In this document: positions 27,101 through 36,700 of the stretch, piece by piece
Position numbering within the stretch: the stretch's first letter is position 1
How the letters are laid out: every line of letters starts with the position of its first letter
From: Nemertoderma westbladi
Taxonomy: Eukaryota > Animalia > Xenacoelomorpha
DNA length: 38,241 nucleotides
Direction of reading: 5' to 3'
Assembly: GCA_032718475.1 (NCBI GenBank)
Contig: JAUCBJ010000553.1
Span: 1-38,241, forward strand
Program-made: the position numbers and the translations under genes
Notes under the pieces: model-generated
The model's input: only the letters and a program-made list of their open reading frames with translations
The model's database searches: none
What the model was told of the DNA's origin: nothing

Positions 27101-27484
27101 TGCAGAGGTTGGTTAACATACCCCCACACCCTAGTGAGAATGAGTACAGTGGATAACGCAGAGGTTGGTTAACAGAATGAGTACAGTGGATAATGCAGAG
27201 GTTGGTTAACAGAATGAGTACAATGGATAATGCAGAGGTTGGTTAACAGACCCCCACACCCTAGTGAGAATGAGTGCAGTGGATAATGCAGAGGTTGGTT
27301 AACAGAATGAGTACAGTGGATAATGCGAGGTTGGTTAACAGAATGAGTACAGTGGATAATGCAGAGGTTGGTTAACAGAATGAGTACAGTGGATAATGCA
27401 GAGGTTGGTTAACAGACACCCACACCCTAGTGAGAATGAGTACAGTGGATAATGCAGAGGTTGGTTAACAGACCCCCACACCCT
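9118..27484 (+). repeat. Donor-spanning satellite 4: 18.4 kb of interleaved 37-bp and 56/58-bp units (~400+ copies)
   Basis: Short unit AGAATGAGTACAGTGGATAATGCAGAG|GTTGGTTAAC; the long unit adds AGACCCCCACACCCT(AT)AGTG. The array starts inside exon G and ends ...CCCCACACCCT before unique intron sequence. Copy number is estimated from length. Confidence 0.98.
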
Positions 27485-27635
27485 GTTCTGTACCTTAAAA
27501 AGTTTTTAAAATGGAATTTTTATTTTATCAAGTAATGGGTGGGTATAATAATTTTCATAAAAAATAGAAGTAGTCCCAGGACAAAATATACGTTTTTTTG
27601 ATATTCTAAAAACTGATAGTGTGGCATTGTTGGCT

Positions 27636-28124
27636 AGCATTTGTAGGTTTTTTACTATGCTGAATCGAATGTGATTATATTCCATTTCCGAAAATTGAAC
27701 TGGATGCTATTTTTCGTGCACCTAATAAGTGGGCGTGGCACTTAAAATTTTGAAAAATACGAGATTCGGAAAATAAAACAAAGTTGAGATTTCAACGCAC
27801 ATTTATAGGTTTTCTGGACCACTGAATCAATTGAAAGTATTATAGAAGCCTGAAGACTTAGTGGTTCGGCATTTTTGGTGCACCAAAATTAGGGAGTGGC
27901 ACTTATTCAAATTTTGAAAATTACCACGCCCTAATTGTGGTGTACCAATAATGACGTACCACTAAGACTTGAAGCTTCAATATTACTTTAAATCGATTAA
28001 ACGGGCCAGAAAACCCATAAAAATGCGTTGAAATCAAAACTTCGGAGTATTTAAGGAATATTGCAATTTTGAAAATTTGAAGTGCCACGCCCTAATCTTA
28101 GTGCACCAAAAATGACGTACCACT
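27636..28124. mobile_element. Foldback-like long imperfect palindrome built from ~160-bp units (probable non-autonomous DNA element)
   Basis: Arms are symmetric about ~27912. GATTTCAACGCACATTTATAGGTTTTCTGG pairs with CCAGAAAACCCATAAAAATGCGTTGAAATC, and GTGCACCTAATAAGTGGGCGTGGCACTT with AAGTGCCACGCCCTAATCTTAGTGCAC. Outer limits are approximate. Confidence 0.65.
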
Positions 28125-28798
28125 TCCCTTACATACTTATATAGAGTAGTAGAGTGCTCCACACGAATCAGAATCAATAAAAAAAAGCCCCAATATAAAG
28201 AATTAGTAACTCACAAATGACCTTGTAAAATTCGAAAATTTAAAAAAATTTCTGCTGGGGACCAAATTTTGAGGTGGCACCCACATTGAAAAGTTGAAAT
28301 CTAATTGCAACGCAGTTTTTTGCAAAAGATGCGCCATTAAATTTGACTAATTCTCGTAAAAAATTGGGCTGGTATAATGTGGTTGCATAGATAAAGCAAT
28401 TAAAAACTAGGAAGGGGCCGATTCGCCCCCCCCCCCCCCCCACAGTGCGAATAGGGATAATGATGAGGCATTCTGATTGGTTGATGGAGGAATTATGTTC
28501 CTCGTGTTGCCTCTAACTTACTCGGTGCGGTGGTCTAACTGATGGATAAGCTAAAGGGAAGAGGGCCGAGTGTCTAAACATCCACAGATCGGCCGCAACC
28601 TAATTAAATATTAAACATTTGTAAAATAAATAAAAGTAATAAAATAAAGTATTTGTTGTTGCATTTTAACCGGGGTTTTTCGGTAATATCGTTTTTTTAA
28701 TAATAATATTTCAATATTAGTGGTGCTAAGTAAGTCCTTTGGACCATTAGGGTTATAATGAGTCGTGTAATAATGTTTAACTAATGGTTTTATCGTAG

Positions 28799-28937
28799 AT
28801 TCGGGATGCGGCAGTAACCATGGCCCATCAGCTGCACACCAATCCCGCTTGTAAGTCGCACGTAACCCAGTTAGCGTTGGAATACATGGGTTACATCGCA
28901 CTGCCGAAACCTCCCTCACACTTATTCCAAGAAATAG
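28799..28937 (+). CDS. SYMPK: Symplekin exon H (not in the ORF track)
   Basis: atcgtag| acceptor; IRDAAVTMAHQLHTNPACKSHVTQLALEYMGYIALPKPPSHLFQEI fills the expected gap (VR..ALNYL..PNPPS.LF); donor G|gttagt (phase 1). Confidence 0.88.
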
Positions 28938-29331
28938 GTTAGTTTATTATGTCGAAATATATCATTGTACTTAATCCTTTAAAATGTTGAATTCTGCAGA
29001 GGTTCTCCAAATACTTTCATTATATGAGAACTAGAAGCAGCCTCAACCACACCATATACGAAATATTTACTAATATTTGGATATTATTAATATGCAACTT
29101 TTATCCCTCGTGGTGTGTGGTGTGTACCGGTATATAGTGTTTCCGTTCTTTGTACTTATTAAATTCCCATAGAGAATATTCGATTATACATTAGTTAACT
29201 AATCGCTACTATTCATCGCACACAATTTTATATAGAATTAAATTAATTCTACCATTAGATACCAAATGTGTCAATATGGGGTTTAATTTAAGATGGATGC
29301 GTACTAAAACATTTTCATCATTTTTTTATAG

Positions 29332-29642
29332 GTGAATCTTTACCCGAGGATGCAGTATGGACTGAGGAAATTGCCAGACGATTCCTCTATTTCTACCTCA
29401 GCCTTATCGCCCTGGACAATAAACTCATCCATAGACTGGCAGCGGTGTTTGTAGAAGCAGTGCCCGACGTTAAGCGAACCATTCTGAGGACTCTAGACAC
29501 ACCAATGAGACTAATGAGTCTCAACTCACCTGAATTACTCACACTCGTAGAAGAGTGCCCGTCTGGAGCTGAAACACTGATCACAAGAATGCTACATATA
29601 CTCACAGAGAAAGCCCTGCCCCCTCCAGCACTTGTCACTAGG
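29332..29642 (+). CDS. SYMPK: Symplekin exon I
   Basis: ttttatag|GT acceptor; WTEE...KLIHRLAAVF...NSPELLTLVEECPSGAETLITRMLHILTEKALPPPALVTR; donor AGG|gtacgt (phase 0). Confidence 0.93.
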
Positions 29643-30810
29643 GTACGTATACTCACAGAGAAAGCCCTGCCCCCTCCAGCACTGGTCACTAGGGTACGTA
29701 TACTCACAGAGAAAGCCCTGCCCCCTCCAGCACTGGTCACTAGGGTACGTATACTCACAGAGAAAGCCCTGCCACCTCCAGCACTGGTCACTAGGGTACG
29801 TATATTCACAGAGAAAGCCCTGCCACCTCCAGCACTGGTCACTAGGGTACGTATACTCACAGAGAAAGCCCTGCCACCTCCAGCACTGGTCACTAGGGTA
29901 CGTATATTCACAGAGAAAGCCCTGCCACCTCCAGCACTGGTCACTAGGGTACGTATACTCACAGAGAAAGCCCTGCCACCTCCAGCACTGGTCACTAGGG
30001 TTCGTATATTCACAGAGAAAGCCCTGCCACCTCCAGCACTGGTCACTAGGGTACGTATACTCACAGAGAAAGCCCTGCCACCTCCAGCACTGGTCACTAG
30101 GGTTCGTATATTCACAGAGAAAGCCCTGCCACCTCCAGCACTGGTCACTAGGGTACGTATACTCACAGAGAAAGCCCTCCCACCTCCAGCACTGGTCACT
30201 AGGGTACGTATACTCACAGAGAAAGCCCTGCCACCTCCAGCACTGGTCACTAGGGTACGTATACTCACAGAGAAAGCCCTGCCACCTCCAGCACTGGTCA
30301 CTAGGGTTCGTATATTCACAGAGAAAGCCCTGCCACCTCCAGCACTGGTCACTAGGGTACGTATACTCACAGAGAAAGCCCTCCCACCTCCAGCACTGGT
30401 CACTAGGGTACGTATACTCACAGAGAAAGCCCTGCCCCCTCCAACACTGGTCACTAGGGTACGTATACTCACAGAGAAAGCCCTGCCACCTCCAGCACTG
30501 GTCACTAGGGTTCGTATATTCACAGAGAAAGCCCTGCCACCTCCAGCACTGGTCACTAGGGTACGTATACTCACAGAGAAAGCCCTCCCACCTCCAGCAC
30601 TGGTCACTAGGGTACGTATACTCACAGAGAAAGCCCTGCCCCCTCCAGCACTGGTCACTAGGGTACATATACTCACAGAGAAGCCCTGCCCCCTCCAGCA
30701 CTGGTCACTAGGGTACATATACTCACAGAGAAGCCCTGCCCCCTCCGCCTCCAGCCCCTGCCCCCTCCAGCACTGGTCACTAGGGTACGTATATACTCAT
30801 AGAGAAAGCC
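29598..30810 (+). repeat. Donor-spanning minisatellite 5: 51-bp in-frame unit, ~23 copies
   Basis: ATACTCACAGAGAAAGCCCTGCCMCCTCCAGCACTGGTCACTAGG|GTACGT encodes ILTEKALPPPALVTRVR. There are 21 full-length copies to 30668, followed by indel-bearing copies. Confidence 0.97.
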
Positions 30811-30853
30811 ATAGAAGACAACAATAATATATTGTGATTGTTTTTGATTGCAG

Positions 30854-31115
30854 GTTCGGGATTTGTACCACAAAAGAGTGTCTGACGTTCGGTTCCTCAT
30901 TCCGGTACTGACAGGTTTACAGAAGAGTGAGATTATTGCCACCCTCCCCAAACTCATTAAACAGAACCCTAACGTTGTGAAGGAAGTGTTTAATAGGTTG
31001 CTAGGTATCGGGTATGGCGAACAGGGTAGTAAAACCCCGATCACACCAATCGAGCTCCTTGTAGCCTTACACGAAATAGATTCTCTAAAGAGTGACATAA
31101 AGGCGATAATCAAAG
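30854..31115 (+). CDS. SYMPK: Symplekin exon J (C-terminal domain)
   Basis: ttgcag| acceptor; [19 protein letters not shown]...[19 protein letters not shown]...ELLVALH; donor G|gtaaag (phase 1). Confidence 0.95.
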
Positions 31116-31175
31116 GTAAAGTTCACTTTGATTCTTTATCAGGATCTCACCAAAGGCAAAAACATTAGGGTTGAA

Positions 31176-31259
31176 CTGTTAATGCAACTGTAATATATAA
31201 TAATATGATTATTATTACTTATGATCATAATCATATGATTATTGCAGTTGCATTAACAG
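31176..31259. repeat. 84-bp intronic inverted repeat/hairpin
   Basis: CTGTTAATGCAACTGTAATA ... TATTGCAGTTGCATTAACAG (19/20 complementary), with an inner ATATGATTAT/ATAATCATAT stem. Confidence 0.8.
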
Positions 31260-31849
31260 CTCATCATCTCCAATTCATGAAGTTTAACTTTTTACAATTT
31301 TCTCATACATCTTTCCTACCAAGATTTAGGTGATGAAAACTGGGTGTCGTAAAAAAATAAGTAGGCCTAGCTACTATTCCATATATTATTCCAACAAATT
31401 TATCAGACAGATAATAATTGACCGACCTAACGACCGACAGAAGGAATTTTAAGAATAGTATCGTTAAGCTAAGCTGTATAAGTTCGCAGCTCGTCGCCCT
31501 GTAATAATATATTAATTATTCCGAGATAATTATTCCAGTGTCTTCTTGTTGCAACCTTCCTCTCCCGGAACTGAACATGTGATTAAAATGTGATAACAAC
31601 CAAAGTGGTAAACCTGTTGTTGTTTAGGAATATAAATATATCAAGCAAATATATTTTTATATTAAGATCCTTTAATTTTTATATAAAAAAGAATTTAATA
31701 AGTTTGAAAATAAAATGTTGGTTTTTTTATTGATGTTAAACACGTTTTAGAGCGATCTCATATGCGTTTTAAATACAATCCAGTTTTTATTCTTTTAAAA
31801 AATAGTATTAATTATAATTACTACTGTATGATTACTATGTACTGTTAAA

Positions 31850-32085
31850 GGCGGGGAGGCTCAGTTGGTTGAGAGCCGGGCCTGCAATCTATGGTTGTAG
31901 GTTCAGCCCCGCCAGGGTCCACTCAGCCTTTCATCCACTGGGGTCGATAAAATGAGTACCAGTTATATAACTGGGAGCAAATCTTGGGATAGGAGTAGCG
32001 CCCACCCCTACCCTCGGGTAGCAGCTATCGAAAGAGGAGCCTTCGGGTCGCCTCCGGCTTCGGCCGACTGTTTGCTTGCTTTTGC
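31850..32085 (+). mobile_element. tRNA-derived SINE with central domain, simple-repeat tail and 13-bp target-site duplication
   Basis: A-box GGCTCAGTTGG and B-box-like GGTTCAGCCCC; core ACTCAGCCTTTCATCC...GGTCGATAAAATGAGTACC; (TTGC)n-like tail; direct repeat TTACTACTGTATG at 31818-31830 and 32086-32098. Confidence 0.85.
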
Positions 32086-32461
32086 TTACTACTGTATGCG
32101 GATCAAAGATTTTTCTCGAAGTGCAGCGATTAACATATCTACTCTATGCACATTCGGCTCAAAAACTTAACTATCATCAAGTAGATTTAGTATCGTGGTA
32201 ATATAAGTATAGTTAAGTAAATCTAATAAGTAAGTAACGAACTGAAATCCAATATATTGAATTCGTGGTGTAGAAATGAGGACATAGAATCGTTGATAGT
32301 ATCGGCTGGTTGACTGACGCGACTCGAACTTAGAATCTCAGAGTGCTCCATTTCTGAACAAAATCATCTATAATATCGTCAGGTTTCATGGCCTAAAAGT
32401 AACCCTACTATTATAGCTACGTCTAATAAAAAATTATTATTATTATTATGTTATATTTCAG

Positions 32462-32697
32462 CAACTAGTTTGTGCTTCATGGAGCGTGCGATATTTACCC
32501 AAGAAGTATTGGCAACCGTTATAAGTAAACTTGTCGACGTTTCCCCTATACCAACTCTGCTCATGCGAACTGTCATACAAACACTCACTCTATATCCCAG
32601 GCTGCTGTCCTTCGTCATGAGTACCTTGAATCGACTCATCTCTAAGGAGGTCTGGACGCAAACAAAACTCTGGGAGGGCTTTATTAAATGCTGCGAG
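32462..32697 (+). CDS. SYMPK: Symplekin exon K
   Basis: atttcag|CA acceptor; ATSLCFMER...[18 protein letters not shown]...[16 protein letters not shown]; donor GAG|gtacgt (phase 0). Confidence 0.95.
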
Positions 32698-33526
32698 GTA
32701 CGTTTTATTGGGAGGGCTTTATTAAATGCTGCGAGGTACGTTTTATTTGGAGGGCTTTATTAATTGCTGCGAGGTACGTTTCTTGGGAGGGCTTTATTAA
32801 ATGCTGCGAGGTACGTTTTATTGGAAGGTCTTTATTAATTGCTGCGAGGTACGTTTTATTGGGATGGCTTTATTAAATGCTGCGAGGTACGTTTATTGGG
32901 AGGGCTTTATTAAATGCTGCGAGGTACGTTTTATTGGGAGGGCTTTATTAAATGCTGCGAGGTACGTTTATTTGGAGGGCTTTATTAAAGGCTGCGAGTT
33001 ACGTTTTATTGGGAGGGCTTTATTAAATGCTGCGAAGTACGTTTTATTGGGAGGGCTTTATTAAATGCTGCGAGGTACGTTTTATTGGTAGGGCTTTATT
33101 AAATGCTGCGAGGTACGTTTATTGGGAGGGCTTTATTAAATGCTGCGAGGTACGTTTTATTGCGAGGGCTTTATTAAATGCTGCGAAGTACGTTTTATTG
33201 GGAGGGCTTTATTAAATGCTGCGAGGTACGTTTATTGGGAGGGCTTTATTAAATGCTGCGAGGTACGTTTTATTGCGAGGGCTTTATTAAATGCTGCGAG
33301 GTACGTTTTATTGGGTGGGCTTTATTAAATGCTGCGAGGTACGTTTTATTGGGAGGGCTTTATTAGTTGCTGCGTGGTACGTTTTATTGGGAGGGCTTTA
33401 TTAAATGCAGCGAAGTACGTTTATTGGGAGGGCTTTATTAATTGCTGCGAGGTTCGTTTTATTGGGAGGGTCTTTATTAAATGCTGCGAGGTACGTTTTC
33501 TTGGGAGGGCTTTATTAATTGCTGCG
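32671..33526 (+). repeat. Donor-spanning minisatellite 6: 37/38-bp unit, ~22-23 copies
   Basis: TGGGAGGGCTTTATTAAATGCTGCGAG|GTACGTTT(T)AT is the last 27 nt of exon K plus the intron start. Confidence 0.97.
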
Positions 33527-33617
33527 CACTATTGTTGGCGGGTTGGCGAGGGGTACTATTTGGTTTAAACATACCACGTAACTTACGTGAATCTAACATC
33601 GTATTTTATATCGGCAG

Positions 33618-33746
33618 AGAACGCAGCCCCAATCGCACGCCGTGTTGATGCGGTTACCCGCGGAGCAACTCGTGGAGGCGATGCAGACCTGCCCCAAGTT
33701 ACAGGACCCACTACAACGTCATTATGAGTCACTGCCCCGCCCCCAG
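33618..33746 (+). CDS. SYMPK: Symplekin exon L (last in window; not in the ORF track)
   Basis: ggcag| acceptor; RTQPQSHAVLMRLPAEQLVEAMQTCPKLQDPLQRHYESLPRPQ (cf. RTKPQS...LP..QL...CP.L..PL); probable donor CAG|gtgggt. Confidence 0.9.
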
Positions 33747-33782
33747 GTGGGTTGTAAACATGTAGACGAATACGGTAGTCTG

Positions 33783-36700
33783 CCAATGTCGATTAGTGTA
33801 CCAATGTAGCCAACGCAGTGTACCAATGTCGATCAGTGTACCAATGTAGATCAGTGTACGAATGTTAATTAGTATACCAATGTCGATCAGTGTACCAATG
33901 TCGATCAGTGTACCAATGTAGATCAGTGTACCAATGTCGATCAGTGTACCAATGTAGATCAGTGCACCAATGTCGATCAGTGTACCAATGTCGATCAGTG
34001 TACCAATGTAGATCAGTGTACGAATGTTAATTAGTATACCAATGTCGATCAGTGTACCAATGTAGATCAGTGTACCAATGTCGATCAGTGTACCAATGTA
34101 GATCAGTGTACGAATGTTAATTAGTATACCAATGTCGATCAGTGTACCAATGTCGATCAGTGTACCAATGTAGATCAGTGTACCAATGTCGATCAGTGTA
34201 CCAATGTAGATCAGTGTACCAATGTCGATCAGTGTACCAATGTAGATCAGTGTACCAATGTCGATCAGTGTACCAATGTAGATCAGTGTACCAATGTCGA
34301 TCAGTGTACCAATGTAGATCAGTGTACCAATGTCGATCAGTGTACCAATGTAGATCAGTGTACCAATGTAGATCAGTGTACCAATGTCGATCAGTGTGCC
34401 AATGTAGATCAATGTACCAATGTAGATCAGTGTACCAATGTAGATCAGTGTAACAATGTTGATCAGTGTACCAATGTAGATCAGTGTACCAATGTAGATC
34501 AGTATACCAATGTAGATCAGTGTACCAATGTCGATCAATGTACCAATGTAGATCAGTGTACCAATGTCGATCAATGTACCAATGTAGATCAGTGTACCAA
34601 TATAGATCAGTGTACCAATGTAGATCAGTGTACCAATGTCGATCAGTGTACCAATGTCGATCAGTGTACCAATATAGATCAGTGTACCATTGTCGATCAG
34701 TGTACCAATGTAGATCACTGTACCAATGTCGATCAGTGTACCAATGTAGATCACTGTACCAATGTCGATCAGTGTACGAATGTTAATTAGTATACCAATG
34801 TAGATCAGTGTACCAATGTAGATCAGTGCACCATTGTCGATCAGTGTACCAATGTCGATCAGTGTACCAATGTAGATCTGTATACCAATGTCGATCAGTG
34901 TACCAATGTAGATCAGTGTACGAATGTTAATTAGTATACCAATGTAGATCAGTGTACCAATGGTAATTAGTATACCAATGTCGATCAGTGTACCAATGTA
35001 GATCAGTGTACCAATTGTAATCAATGTACCAATGCAGATCAGTGTACCAATGTAGATCAGTGTACCAATGGTGATCAATGTACCAATGTAGATCAATGCA
35101 CCAATGTAGATCAGTGTACCAATGTAGATCAGTGTACCAATGGTGATCAATGTACCAATAGATCAGTATACCAATGGTGATCAATGTACCAATGTATATC
35201 AATGTACCAATGTAAATCAGTGTACCAATGTAGATCAATTTACCAATGTCGATCAGTGTACCAATGTAGATCAGTGTACCAATGGTGATCAATGTACCAA
35301 TAGATCAGTATACCAATGTTGATCAATGTACCAATGTGGATCAATGTACCAATGTAAATCAGTGTACCAATGTAGATCAATTTACCAATGTCGATCAGTG
35401 TACCAATGGTGATCAATGTACCAATGTAGATCAGTGTACCAATGGTGATCAATGTACCAATGTAGATCAGTGTACCAATGTCGATCAATGTACCAATGGT
35501 GATCAATGTACCAATAGAACAGTATACCAATGGTGATCAATGTACCAATGTAGATCAATGTACCAATGTAAATCAGTGTACCAATGTAGATCAATTTACC
35601 AATGTCGATCAGTGTACCAATGTAGATCAGTGTACCAATGTAGATCAGTGTACCAATGTCGATCAATGTACCAATGGTGATCAATGTACCAATAGAACAG
35701 TATACCAATGGTGATCAATGTACCAATGTAGATCAATGTACCAATGTAAATTAGTGTACCAATGTAGATCAATTTACCAATGTCGATCAGTGTACCAATG
35801 TAGATCAGTGTACCAATGTAGATCAGTGTACCAATGGTGATCAATGTACCAATAGATCAGTATTCCAATGGTTATCAATGTACCAATGTAGATCAATGTA
35901 CCAATGTAAATTAGTGTACCAATGTAGATCAATTTACCAATGTCGATCAGTGTACCAATGTAGATCAGTGTACCAATAGATCAATATACCATTGTAGATC
36001 AGTGTACCAATGTAGATCAGTGTACCAATGTAGATCAATGTACCAATGTAGATCAATGTACCAATGTAGATCAGTGTACCAATGTAGATCAGTGTACCAA
36101 TGTAGATCAGTGTACCAATGTCGATCAGTGTACCAATGTAGATCAGTGTACCAATGTAGATCAGTGTACCAATGTAGATCAGTGCACCAATGTAGATCAG
36201 TATACCAATGTAGATCAGTGTACCAATGTAGATCAGTATACCAATGTAGATCAGTGTACCAATGTTAATTAGTATACCAATGTCGATCAGTGTACCAATG
36301 TAGATCAGTGTACCAATGTAGATCAATGTAACAATGTAGATCAATGTACCAATGTCGATCAGTGTACCAATGTAGATCAGTGTACGAATGTTAATTAGTA
36401 TACCAATGTCAATCAGTGTACCAATGTAGATCAGTGTACCAATTGTGATCAATGTACCAATGTAGATCAGTGTACCAATGGTGATCAATGTACCAATGTA
36501 GATCAATGCACCAATGTAGATCAGTGTACCAATGTAGATCAGTGTACCAATGGTGATCAATATACCAATAGATCAGTATACCAATGGTGATCAATGTACC
36601 AATGTATATCAATGTACCAATGTAGATCAGTGTACCAATGGTGATCAATGTACCAATAGATCAGTATTCCAATGGTGATCAATGTACCAATGTAGATCAA

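Larger units (their letters stand above)
3574..33746 (+). other. SYMPK: Symplekin gene span (partial; 12 coding exons, ~811 codons; N-terminal and last exon(s) not in window)
   Basis: Colinear peptides match symplekin as I recall it ([73 protein letters not shown]). All 11 internal introns are GT-AG with compatible phases. Confidence 0.96.

Noticed and set aside
9660-27119. Minus-strand ORFs (WGSVNQPLHYPLYSF...)
   Set aside because: These are translations of the satellite, which demonstrably derives from the plus-strand exon end.
9118-27484. CRISPR-like array (37-bp repeats with intervening segments)
   Set aside because: The intervening segment is always the same 19/21-bp sequence or absent. 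There are no unique spacers or cas genes, and the context is a spliceosomal intron.
28611-28919. Minus-strand 102-aa ORF (also 8779-8976, 28240-28443, 31952-32170)
   Set aside because: These are antisense to exon H or lie in intron/SINE sequence, with no coding hallmarks.
29393-30718. Minus-strand and alternative-frame 359-441 aa repeat ORFs
   Set aside because: The 51-bp unit is open in several frames by chance; only the symplekin frame has homology support.
31850-31925. Functional tRNA gene
   Set aside because: The stems are imperfect and the B-box is degenerate. It continues into a SINE body with a TSD and has no poly-T terminator.
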